In this document: positions 39,736 to 48,963 of the stretch, in pieces | Numbering within the stretch: position 1 is the stretch's first letter | Layout of the letters: the number at the start of each line of letters is the position of its first letter | Assembly: GCA_965140585.1 (NCBI GenBank) | Contig: OZ223272.1 | Location: 192,001 to 256,000, forward strand | Origin: Spirochaetia bacterium | GTDB lineage: Bacteria > Spirochaetota > Spirochaetia > UBA9216 | DNA: 64,000 nucleotides | Direction of reading: 5' to 3' | Program-made: the position numbers and the translations under genes | The notes under the pieces: generated by a model | The model's input: only the letters and a program-made list of their open reading frames with translations | Databases searched by the model: none | Told to the model about the DNA's origin: nothing

Positions 39736-40707
39736 TCATTTTCCTTTCAGCCTGTATAATGAAACAATTATCAGAATCATTGCACCTTCTACAATCATTC
39801 TGCCGGCTTCTGGAACATTCATCATTACAAGAACATTAAAAAGAAAACGGACTATAAAGGTTCCTGCTATGGTTCCAGCAAGACTTCCTATGCCGGCAAA
39901 AAACTCAATGCCACCGATTACTGATGCTGCGATAGAACCCATTGTATAAATATCAGTAAACCGGAGCGTCGGTGTTCCAAGATAACCCAGAAGAAGAAGC
40001 CCGGCAAGTACAGCAAATATGTCGCAGATAATATACGAAGAAACCTGCACACGAACCGGTTTTATACCGGAAAACCAGGCAGCCTGAAAGTTATTTCCGG
40101 TTGCATAGATCTTTCTTCCAAATGTTGTTTTAGAGAGAATAAAAACCATACTCAATGCTACCAGGATCCATATTATTCCTGTAATAGGTACATTATTAAG
40201 TACCATCTTTTTGCCAAGGGTCTGAAGAATAGATGGGGCTGCGGCGCTCATCATTCCTCCCCCGAAAATATAAATAGCGCCATAAAGAATGGAACTGGTT
40301 CCCAGTGTCATTATAATTGGTGATATTTTAAACTTTGCAACACCAATACCGTTTACAAATCCAATAACAGCACCAGCAACTATGCAAAGCAGAGCAACAG
40401 GCAAAAATCTTGAATTTGAGGATTCCATAAACTTTCCGCCGTAGATTATCACCATGAACATAATGTTGCCCACAGAAATATCCATTCCTCCGCTCAGCAT
40501 GACAATACCTTGACCAAGAGCAACAATACCAAGAATAGAAGCTTCCCTGAGAACATTTTTAAGATTATTGGCACTTACTGATACCGGCATAAGAATTCCG
40601 GCAATAAAAAGCAGAATAATTAAAGTAAGAAAAACCATTGAAGTCCTTCTTGTTAGTATCTCTTTAACCTTATCGGCTTTACTGATGTAATTTACAGTTG
40701 AGTTCAT
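39736..40707 (-). CDS. Monosaccharide ABC permease
   Basis: GGMDISVG, GRKIYATGNN..AAWFSGI and AASVIGG motifs. Confidence 0.92.
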   Translation of the reverse strand: MNSTVNYISKADKVKEILTRRTSMVFLTLIILLFIAGILMPVSVSANNLKNVLREASILGIVALGQGIVMLSGGMDISVGNIMFMVIIYGGKFMESSNSRFLPVALLCIVAGAVIGFVNGIGVAKFKISPIIMTLGTSSILYGAIYIFGGGMMSAAAPSILQTLGKKMVLNNVPITGIIWILVALSMVFILSKTTFGRKIYATGNNFQAAWFSGIKPVRVQVSSYIICDIFAVLAGLLLLGYLGTPTLRFTDIYTMGSIAASVIGGIEFFAGIGSLAGTIAGTFIVRFLFNVLVMMNVPEAGRMIVEGAMILIIVSLYRLKGK

Positions 40708-40767
40708 ACAGATCCTTTAACAAAAAATAAAGAGGCCGGTGCTTAAGCACCGGCACAACAACGCGAT

Positions 40768-41907
40768 TTATTTATACCATTCCTTAAGTATTTCATGAGG
40801 AACAGAAGTTGCCACCCAGATTGAATCCGGCAGATCCTGGATTACATAACTTTCTACTGTATCATCAGTTACTGTTGGCGGCGGATAAAGAATTGTCTTA
40901 ACAACCGATTCACCCATCAGGACAGAAATAACAGTATTCAAACCTTCTGTAGCAATCCAGGAAGGATAGGTCGGACTGATGCTGGAAAAGCCTTCTGCTT
41001 TATGTGCTGCCCAGTATTTATAGAACCCATTATAATCCTCACCGGTAACGAGGACATTCTTGATACCTTTTTCTTCACAGACCTCGGCTGCAGCAAGAGA
41101 CATCTGACCGCCGCAGCTCCAGATACCATCAACATCAGGATTGGCAGTTAAAAGACTTTCTGAAACTCGGCGTCCTTCATCATATGCCCATTTACCCTGT
41201 GCCTCTCCGACAATTTTGATATCTGGATATTTATCAAGAACCGGCTTTGCGCCTCTTTCCCATCTCCCAACATCAGCAGCGGCACCTGCAACTCCCCGAA
41301 GAGCAAGGACCTTCCCCTTTGGTTCGCCGTATCTTTCAGTCAGCTTTTCAACAAGCCACTCAGCGCCCAGTCGTCCAAATGCCTGAGCATCTGTTGCTCT
41401 GTATGCAGTATATTTGCTTCCGTCATATTCACCAAGAACTATGATTACTGGAATTCCCTGATCGTAGAGTTTATCGACTACTGGAATTATTGCAGAAGGA
41501 GAAGTCGGTGAAATTACTATTCCATCTATCCCCTTCGCCATCATATCTTCGATGTCGGAAATCTGTTTTGATACATCAAACTGAGCTTCTGTAACATATA
41601 ATTCATCTATAACAGTTCCGAACTTCTCTTCAGCAACCCATTTAAAAGCATTTATACTCTGAATATCAAAAGAAATTCCGCCGCCATGAAACGAATAACC
41701 GATTTTATACCCCGGCTGTTTTTTATATTTACCCATGTCGGTAAATTCAAGTGCAGCCCCTCCTCTGGCAGCTTCAACTGCTTTCTCCTGTACAGCCTCA
41801 CTTGCAGTATTGGATTCACCTCCGGCAGAACTGTTGCTGCAGCCGCTTAAGGCCAGCATCAGAACCAGTACCAGCAATACAATTACTGAACCAATCTTTT
41901 TCATCAA
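40768..41907 (-). CDS. Monosaccharide ABC substrate-binding lipoprotein
   Basis: MKKIG...LALSGC lipobox, KQISDIEDMMAKGIDGIVI. Start at 41907 or 41904 after a GAGGAG RBS; the ORF track starts at 41961. Confidence 0.9.
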   Translation of the reverse strand: MMKKIGSVIVLLVLVLMLALSGCSNSSAGGESNTASEAVQEKAVEAARGGAALEFTDMGKYKKQPGYKIGYSFHGGGISFDIQSINAFKWVAEEKFGTVIDELYVTEAQFDVSKQISDIEDMMAKGIDGIVISPTSPSAIIPVVDKLYDQGIPVIIVLGEYDGSKYTAYRATDAQAFGRLGAEWLVEKLTERYGEPKGKVLALRGVAGAAADVGRWERGAKPVLDKYPDIKIVGEAQGKWAYDEGRRVSESLLTANPDVDGIWSCGGQMSLAAAEVCEEKGIKNVLVTGEDYNGFYKYWAAHKAEGFSSISPTYPSWIATEGLNTVISVLMGESVVKTILYPPPTVTDDTVESYVIQDLPDSIWVATSVPHEILKEWYK

Positions 41908-41957
41908 AATCTCCTCGTAAATAGTATTTAATATAGATATCTCTATATATAACCCAA

Positions 41958-42941
41958 TCAATTGATCATTTTAGTCAGCTTCAACTCTTCATTCTTCTGC
42001 ATCTTTAATTCGGAATAGCCAACTACTAGAAGAAGGATAATCCCCCTGATAACTTGCTGCCAGAAAATATTAAAATTAAGAAGATTAAATATATTCCCAA
42101 GCATCACAACAAGAATCACGCCAAGAACAGTGCCGGCGGCTCCGCCTTTTCCTCCTGTTAACGCAGTTCCGCCAAGAACCGCTGCAGTTATCGATTCCAT
42201 CTGAAATGGATTTCCAACACTTGGATCACCACAGCTCATCCTTGCCGCCATATAAAGACCGCTAAGTGAGGCAAAAAAACCGCTGAGAATATAAGCTGAT
42301 ATCATTATCCTGTCTGCATTTATTCCGGCCAGTCTTGCAGCTTCAAAATTTCCGCCTATTGCATATAGATGCCTTCCGAAGACGGTCTTTCTCAGAATAA
42401 CTATACTCAAAATTGTTATTACTGCGAATAAAATTACCGCGGTTGAGGGGATCGGCCCAATCTTGTAAGTAATAAAGTTAACAAACTCAATAGGAATTAT
42501 CCCGCCGGGATAAGGCCTGATGTAGAGGCTTATACCGCCGATGATTATATTTGTACTCAGAGTTACTAGAAATGGATTTACTTTCAGCTTTGTAACAGCG
42601 AGACCATTCACAAGACCTGCAGAAAGACCTGCGGAAACAGAAATCAGTGCCCCCAGGCCAATGCTGTACTGCATGAATGTTGATGCTATTGCCGTAGACA
42701 AAGATAAAACTGAACTAACTGATAGATCAATTCCTGCCGTAAGAAGAACAAGCGTCTGCCCGATCGATACGGAAAGAAGAGGTACTGATCTGCATATCAG
42801 GTTGGAGATATTACCGGAAGTCCTGAAACCGGGTATTAAAATAAAAATAATAATTATCAATGCGGATATTCCGAGATATGTCCCGGCCTGTGATTTTCCA
42901 CCGAAAAGTTTTTTCACAATTGATTTATATCCGGTTCCCAT
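41958..42941 (-). CDS. Monosaccharide ABC permease
   Basis: AGIDLSVS, AIGGNFEAARLAGI and AAVLGGTALTGG motifs. Confidence 0.92.
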   Translation of the reverse strand: MGTGYKSIVKKLFGGKSQAGTYLGISALIIIIFILIPGFRTSGNISNLICRSVPLLSVSIGQTLVLLTAGIDLSVSSVLSLSTAIASTFMQYSIGLGALISVSAGLSAGLVNGLAVTKLKVNPFLVTLSTNIIIGGISLYIRPYPGGIIPIEFVNFITYKIGPIPSTAVILFAVITILSIVILRKTVFGRHLYAIGGNFEAARLAGINADRIMISAYILSGFFASLSGLYMAARMSCGDPSVGNPFQMESITAAVLGGTALTGGKGGAAGTVLGVILVVMLGNIFNLLNFNIFWQQVIRGIILLLVVGYSELKMQKNEELKLTKMIN

Positions 42942-44444
42942 TCAGTTCACCCCTACCGCAGCTTTCAGAATTTTTTCTTCTGTTGCCTCTTCTCTTAATA
43001 AGTCACTTACTATCCGTCCCTTATGCATCACGATGATACGATCGCACAAGCCGAGTAGTTCCAGCATATCGCTAGTGACCATTACTATTCCCTTGCCTTC
43101 ATCGTCAGCAAGCCTTCGTGCAATCTGATATATTTCCGCCTTTGCGCCAACATCAACACCAAGAGTCGGTTCCATCATCAGAACAATATCAGGATTATTG
43201 TTAAGCCATTTGCCAATAACAATTTTCTGCTGGTTACCGCCGCTGAGAAAATTCACCTGGGTGGAAACTGAGGAAGTTTTGATTTTCAGTTCATTTATAT
43301 TTTTTTCTACAGTCCTCTTTTCCTTCCTGCTGTTAATGACTCCGAATCTCTGTCTTTTCTTAAGAGTGGTAAGGCTGAGGTTTTCATTTACACTAAGCTG
43401 AAGACACAATCCTTCATCGCCCCGCTTGTCCGTTATCAGTGCTATTCCGGCATCTATCGCATTGTTAGGATTATTTATTTTTTTTATTTTTGTATTGATA
43501 CAGACGGAACCTGAATCTTTTTTAAAACTGCCAAACACCGTTCGAAGAAGAGTATCCTGACCGTTTCCTTCCAGTCCAGCGACTCCGAGAATTTCACCCT
43601 TTCTGAGATTAAAGCAAATATCCGAGAGGACCCTTCCTCTGTTTAAATTTGAAACATTCAGTATATCTTCACCGAAAGAACTGCCATCTTTTTTTGATGG
43701 AAACAAAGCACCAAGCTCCCGGCCTATCATAAACCTTATTACTTCATCAAGATTTGTATTTTCAACATCAACAGTTGTTACGTTGCGACCGTCCTTTAAA
43801 ACTGAAAGTCTGTCTGCAATCTGAAAAATCTCCTCAAGATGGTGTGAAATATATATGATTGTAGTACCCTCTTTTTTCAAATTTCTGAGAGCCTCAAAAA
43901 AATCTTCTACTTCCTTCGCTCCAAGCGGAGCTGTCGGTTCGTCGACTATAAGTACTTTCGGTTTTTTAATAAGTGCCTTTGCAATCTGCACAAGCTTCTG
44001 ATTTGTAGAATCAAGCCCGGCTACAAGGTCTGAAGGATTTATATCAGCACCAATTTTAGCCAATACTGCTCCAGCTTCCTTTTTCATAGCCGAAGAGCTT
44101 ACAAAGCGGTACCTGTTTCTTTTTTCCTGTCCAAGGTAGATATTCTCAGCTACACTCATATACGGAACAAGGATGAGTTCCTGATGAATAATTTCTATTC
44201 CCTGCTGCTGAGCATGATGGGGTGATTTCAAAGTTAATGATTCTCCGTCAAGTAGGATCTCTCCGGTGTCAGGCGTATAGACCCCACCCAGGATTTTTAT
44301 AAGTGTAGATTTACCCGCACCATTCTCACCGAGCAGAGCATGAATTTCACCACGTCTGCAGCTGAAATCAACTGAATCAAGAGCCATGACTCCAGGAAAA
44401 TTTTTAGTGATTGCCTGCATTTGGACAATTAGTTCATTCATCAA
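42942..44444 (-). CDS. Monosaccharide ABC ATPase (two NBDs)
   Basis: GENGAGKST, VDEPT and LSGGNQQK motifs. Confidence 0.95.
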   Translation of the reverse strand: MMNELIVQMQAITKNFPGVMALDSVDFSCRRGEIHALLGENGAGKSTLIKILGGVYTPDTGEILLDGESLTLKSPHHAQQQGIEIIHQELILVPYMSVAENIYLGQEKRNRYRFVSSSAMKKEAGAVLAKIGADINPSDLVAGLDSTNQKLVQIAKALIKKPKVLIVDEPTAPLGAKEVEDFFEALRNLKKEGTTIIYISHHLEEIFQIADRLSVLKDGRNVTTVDVENTNLDEVIRFMIGRELGALFPSKKDGSSFGEDILNVSNLNRGRVLSDICFNLRKGEILGVAGLEGNGQDTLLRTVFGSFKKDSGSVCINTKIKKINNPNNAIDAGIALITDKRGDEGLCLQLSVNENLSLTTLKKRQRFGVINSRKEKRTVEKNINELKIKTSSVSTQVNFLSGGNQQKIVIGKWLNNNPDIVLMMEPTLGVDVGAKAEIYQIARRLADDEGKGIVMVTSDMLELLGLCDRIIVMHKGRIVSDLLREEATEEKILKAAVGVN

Positions 44445-44457
44445 ATTATAAATCTCC

Positions 44458-45225
44458 CTACATCCGATCTATTCTTCCGCCATCGACAGGAAGAACTGTA
44501 CCGGTTATAAAAGAGGATTCATCCGATGCAAAAAAACAGACAGCAGAAGCCACATCATCTGGACTTCCAAGTCTTTTCATCATTGTCATTTCAGTTGAAC
44601 GTTTTAGTTTCTTTTCAACTTCATCTTTAGTCTGGTCTTGATAGGTAAGGGCGGTAATGATTTCACCTGGAGCAACCGCATTTACATTGATATTCCATTC
44701 TCCAAGCTCTCTTGCAGCTGTCTTTGTAAAATTATTAACTGCAGCTTTTGCTGCTGAATAGCTTGCAAAACCCGGCATATAGACGCCATCAGCAGACATC
44801 GATGAAACATTTATAATCTTACCGTATTTACTTTTTTTCATAATTGCCGCTGCATGCTGTGTGCAAAACACAAGGCCTTTCAAATCTACACGCTGTATAA
44901 AGTCCCAATCCTCTTCATCCATTTCATGGAAAAGGGCAGGACGGATAGTTCCTGCATTATTTACAAGAATATCAAGCTTTCCGAACTTTTTTTCGAATAT
45001 GTTAAACAGGTTTTGGATATCAGTTATTTTTGTGATATCCGTTTTTACTGTCAGACATGTTCCTCCGAATTCCAGAATTTGATTCTTTACTGAATCCATA
45101 GCCTTTTCATTTCTGTTGGCAATAGCAACTAAGGCTCCCTGCCTTGCAAGACTTACAGCGATTGCTGCACCAATCCCCTGTCCGCCTCCGGTTACAAGGG
45201 CAACCTTTCCTGAAAACTTCTCCAA
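44458..45225 (-). CDS. SDR-family oxidoreductase
   Basis: TGGGQGIG, NNAG and YSAAK motifs. Confidence 0.93.
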   Translation of the reverse strand: MEKFSGKVALVTGGGQGIGAAIAVSLARQGALVAIANRNEKAMDSVKNQILEFGGTCLTVKTDITKITDIQNLFNIFEKKFGKLDILVNNAGTIRPALFHEMDEEDWDFIQRVDLKGLVFCTQHAAAIMKKSKYGKIINVSSMSADGVYMPGFASYSAAKAAVNNFTKTAARELGEWNINVNAVAPGEIITALTYQDQTKDEVEKKLKRSTEMTMMKRLGSPDDVASAVCFFASDESSFITGTVLPVDGGRIDRM

Positions 45226-45295
45226 AGGACAACCTCTTCTGTACTGTTTTTATAACAAAAATATATCTTCTTTTACAACATTATTATTGTTATAT

Positions 45296-45368
45296 AAAAA
45301 GAATTTTTTTCTTTTTTACAAGATTAGCATAGTTATATAGATTGTCAAGGAAATATTTTCTTTTTTAG
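45296..45368 (-). promoter_or_regulatory. Promoter flanked by two GAAWWWTTTTC-type operator boxes (copy 1)
   Basis: Minus strand: box (45350-45366), TTGACA (45348-45343), 16 nt ending TGc, TAATCT (45326-45321), box (45296-45317); same architecture as 60452-60530. Confidence 0.75.
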
Positions 45369-45403
45369 GCGTGTACAAGAATTGTATTTGGAAATTTATT
45401 CTT

Positions 45404-46459
45404 TTAATGAACTTCGGGATTAAGGAATCCGCTTTTCTGCAATGCTTCGATCAGACCTGTGAGATAACTTACAGCAAGAGCTCTGTCATATAGGCCATAT
45501 CCAGATTTACGCTCCTCATCCCAGATATTTCTTCCATGATCTACTCTGATAAGTCCTGAGTAATCATTTTCATAAAGAATTTTTACAAGCCTGAACATAT
45601 CAAGATCTCCATAATCTGAATTGTGGGCAGTTTCATGAAATTCTTTTTCACCAGTTATGAGAATGTTTCTAAAATGGACATAATTTACTTTTTTTCGTTC
45701 AAGCAGCTTTTTGAGCATAGCATACACATCATTATCTGAACGGGCTGCTAAAGTTCCCGTACAAAAAGCGATTCCATTGCTTGGACTCTCAATTAAGCCT
45801 ACAGCCCTATCGAGACTATCCGCAGTTCCAAGCGGCCTTATAATTCCAAGAGCATCCCAGGGCGGATCATCTGGATGCAGAGCCAGTTTTATCCCCAGCT
45901 CTTCAGCTACAGGCACAACTGCGTTAAGGAAATATGAAAGATTATGCCAGAATTCCTCTGAGGTTATTCTGGAACTTTCTTTTAAAACATCTGGAAGCTG
46001 AGTCGGCGTGTATGTCTGACTCCAGTCGGGCAATCCAGTAAAAATATCAATTTTATCAACATCAGAATGATTATAAGCATTTGACACAGAATCATCTGCA
46101 AGCCTGATTGACAGATCTGTACGAAGCCAGTCAACTGCCAGCATAAAATTATAGCACACAAGACTGACACCGTTTTCGGCAAACTGTTTAAGATTTTCAC
46201 ACCACACATCAATATATTTGTCCCGGTCGGACTTGCCCAGTTTTATATCCTCGTGAACGGGGAGACTTTCTACACAGTCAAATGAAAAGCCATATTCCTC
46301 TATATGCATCTTCAGATTCTGAATATGGTTTTCCGGTATAACCTCTTCAGCCGGCGTATTAAAAAAAGATCCGACTATTGAAGAGATGCCAGGGATCTGG
46401 TTGATATATTTAATTGGAATAGAGTCACTGGGGCCGTACCATCTAAATCCTATTTCCAT
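45404..46459 (-). CDS. uxuA: Mannonate dehydratase
   Basis: FRWYG, ESLPVHEDIKLG, CYNFM..DWLRT, LHPDDPPW, CTG, HFRN, DHG and GYGLYDRAL motifs. Confidence 0.92.
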   Translation of the reverse strand: MEIGFRWYGPSDSIPIKYINQIPGISSIVGSFFNTPAEEVIPENHIQNLKMHIEEYGFSFDCVESLPVHEDIKLGKSDRDKYIDVWCENLKQFAENGVSLVCYNFMLAVDWLRTDLSIRLADDSVSNAYNHSDVDKIDIFTGLPDWSQTYTPTQLPDVLKESSRITSEEFWHNLSYFLNAVVPVAEELGIKLALHPDDPPWDALGIIRPLGTADSLDRAVGLIESPSNGIAFCTGTLAARSDNDVYAMLKKLLERKKVNYVHFRNILITGEKEFHETAHNSDYGDLDMFRLVKILYENDYSGLIRVDHGRNIWDEERKSGYGLYDRALAVSYLTGLIEALQKSGFLNPEVH

Positions 46460-46535
46460 AATGCCTCTTTAATGTGGGTAATATTGTAATATTATATAGT
46501 AAAATTCAATTTTCAGGTACAAATATAAATCATCA

Positions 46536-46567
46536 GTGAACCTCTAAAAACATTATTAGAGGTTCAC
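46536..46567. repeat. Intergenic inverted repeat (REP-like hairpin)
   Basis: GTGAACCTCTAA-aaacatta-TTAGAGGTTCAC. Confidence 0.75.
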
Positions 46568-46575
46568 CGAAATGA

Positions 46576-47187
46576 TTAAGAAAGTATATCAAAGAAATCC
46601 ACGGAGGATTCAATTATTGCAAACTGCGGCAGAGTATTCTTTATCGCAAATTCATGCATTTCAGCAGTCCAGGAAGCACAGCAGTCTTCAAGGACACGTA
46701 TTTCATAGTTCAACTCAGAACCGTATCGTGCTGTACTTTCAACAACAAAGTTGGTAGCAACTCCGGCAAGATACAGCCTTTCAATACCTGCAGCACGCAG
46801 CATCTGATCCAGGTTTGTGTAAGAAAAGGAGCTGGTATTATAATTACGCAGAACAATATCCTTTCCTGTCGGTTTTATTACGTCAGGATTTTCAACACCC
46901 CATGTTCCTTCCAGAAATGAATTACTGCACCTGGCAGCATCACAAATAGGCAATGTATTGCCCTTAAGTTCCGGATACCCCTTGCTGAAAGCATTGTTTA
47001 CAAAAACTACCATCATATCTTCAACCCGGGCTTTCTCAAGAACAGCTGCAATTTTTTTTAAAACATTCTGTCGCTCTACTTCGGCAAAGGCTCCTGAGTC
47101 ATTATAAAGACCATCAGGATCAACAATATCATTCTGGCAGTGCATAACAAGAAGAGCACACTTTTTTGCGTACTTATTCATACACAC
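46576..47187 (-). CDS. Isochorismatase-fold protein lacking the canonical Asp-Lys-Cys triad
   Basis: ALLVMHCQND, GTWG, SSF..TNLDQMLRA.GI, GVATNFVVESTAR and LEDCCAS. Confidence 0.82.
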   Translation of the reverse strand: MCMNKYAKKCALLVMHCQNDIVDPDGLYNDSGAFAEVERQNVLKKIAAVLEKARVEDMMVVFVNNAFSKGYPELKGNTLPICDAARCSNSFLEGTWGVENPDVIKPTGKDIVLRNYNTSSFSYTNLDQMLRAAGIERLYLAGVATNFVVESTARYGSELNYEIRVLEDCCASWTAEMHEFAIKNTLPQFAIIESSVDFFDILS

Positions 47188-47193
47188 TACTCC

Positions 47194-47961
47194 CTATTCC
47201 GGATCGGCTACCGGATTTTTACATCTGAGCTCAATTCCTTCAATCTCAATCTCTACAACATCACCATCAAACATTGGTTTTACATTAAATGGGGTGCCGG
47301 TTGAAATAATATCTCCCGGAAACAGCGTTCGGCTCTGAGAAAAATATGAAACGATGTATGCAGCGTTAAAGAGCAGATCCGAAGTATTTCCCTCCTGGAC
47401 TTTTTCACCATTCAGATATGTTCTGACAACTGCGTTATCAGGATCTATATCGGTATCAATAATCGGGCCAAAGGAAGTGAATGTATCAAAACTCTTGCTG
47501 TATGTAACCTGTGTAGAATTGTAGCTCATCTCACGTTCAGTAACATCATTGAGCGGTGTTATACCCAGGATGTGCTGTTTAGCTTCTTCAACACTTACAT
47601 TTTTTATCTTATTTTTAATAACAAGAGCCATTTCTCCTTCATAGTCTACCCTCTTTGCAACCTGAGGTCGAACGATTGCCTCTCCCGGATTAATAACGCC
47701 TGTAACAGGTTTCATAAAATTCGCAGGAAGTTCAGGTGTAGGTAGATCAAGCTCTGCAATATGTTTCTTGAAATTAAGCCCAACACAGTAAAGATTAGTT
47801 GGTTCACAGGGATAGAGTAAAGCAACTTCACTTGCATTAACTTTTTCTTCTTTGACAGAAAAATCTGAATAGATTGATCCTTCAATCCTGCTGATCACTC
47901 CATTGTCATAGGACCCATAACAGACGGTTCCATCTTTTTTTTTGTAACGTACAATCTTCAT
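47194..47961 (-). CDS. Fumarylacetoacetate hydrolase (FAH) family protein
   Basis: CVGLNF, FMKP, DYEGEMA, NDVTER, KSFDTF and PGDIISTGTP motifs. Confidence 0.92.
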   Translation of the reverse strand: MKIVRYKKKDGTVCYGSYDNGVISRIEGSIYSDFSVKEEKVNASEVALLYPCEPTNLYCVGLNFKKHIAELDLPTPELPANFMKPVTGVINPGEAIVRPQVAKRVDYEGEMALVIKNKIKNVSVEEAKQHILGITPLNDVTEREMSYNSTQVTYSKSFDTFTSFGPIIDTDIDPDNAVVRTYLNGEKVQEGNTSDLLFNAAYIVSYFSQSRTLFPGDIISTGTPFNVKPMFDGDVVEIEIEGIELRCKNPVADPE

Positions 47962-47975
47962 CTAACTCTCCTAAT

Positions 47976-48950
47976 TTATGGTCTAACTATATTTATTGGT
48001 TGCGTCCCTGTAATTAATGCTTTAGCATTGATTGCGGTCAAACGCCGGTTATCTATGAGCGACTGTTCAGAATAAAATGCTGAATGAGGTGATATGATAC
48101 AATTTGGTAGAGAAAACAGCGGATTATCTGATGGATTCCAGTCAGGGTGTTTTGAAGGTTCGTCCTCAGTATCATCCAGACCAGCACCGACTATCCAACC
48201 TTCTGATAAAGCTTTATACAGAGCCTTGTTTTCTACAAGCTTACCTCTTGAACAATTTACCAGAACTGCGTTCTTTTTCATCATACCAAGACGTTTTTCT
48301 TCTATTATATGATGTGTTGATTCATTATAGGGACACATCACATTCACGATATCAGCTTCCCGAACAAGATCATCCAGCTCTACTTTTTGTACGCCCATTG
48401 ATGCCATATAATTTTCAGAAATATATGGATCATAGCTGATCACCTGCATACCGCAGCCCATGATTTTTCTTGCAATGTTCTGAGCTATTTTCCCGAACCC
48501 TATTAATCCCCAAATGGTTTGTCGAAACCGCTTGATCGGCTGCACAGCATCCTGATATTTCCAGCTCCCGTTCTTTGTAGCATGGTCATAGAGAGGCAGC
48601 CGCCTTGCCAAAGACAGTCCCATTGCAATACTGTGTTCTGCGACCTCTTCAATACAAAAATCGGGAATGTTAGTCAGGATCATGCCGTTGTCATACACGG
48701 CCTGAACATCAACCGTATCCACACCAATCCCATATCTGCAAATACCAATACAGTGATCAAGAGTTTCCAAAGTCTCCCTCGTAACCTTTGCATACCTTGT
48801 CATCAGAACATCAGCATCTTTAGCCAACTCTCCTAGACCTTCGCCGGTATTGCACTGAAGTCCTATGACCTCCGCACCTGCTGGTTCAAGAATACTTTTT
48901 TCTATTTCAAGATCTTCATAGTCATAATCACTTATATAAACTTTGAACAC
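47976..48950 (-). CDS. D-2-hydroxyacid dehydrogenase (CtBP-like)
   Basis: RYGIGVD, PDFCIEEVAEH, GLIGFGKIA, NCSRG and SPHSAFYS motifs. Confidence 0.9.
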   Translation of the reverse strand: MFKVYISDYDYEDLEIEKSILEPAGAEVIGLQCNTGEGLGELAKDADVLMTRYAKVTRETLETLDHCIGICRYGIGVDTVDVQAVYDNGMILTNIPDFCIEEVAEHSIAMGLSLARRLPLYDHATKNGSWKYQDAVQPIKRFRQTIWGLIGFGKIAQNIARKIMGCGMQVISYDPYISENYMASMGVQKVELDDLVREADIVNVMCPYNESTHHIIEEKRLGMMKKNAVLVNCSRGKLVENKALYKALSEGWIVGAGLDDTEDEPSKHPDWNPSDNPLFSLPNCIISPHSAFYSEQSLIDNRRLTAINAKALITGTQPINIVRP

Positions 48951-48963
48951 ATTTCCCTCCCGT

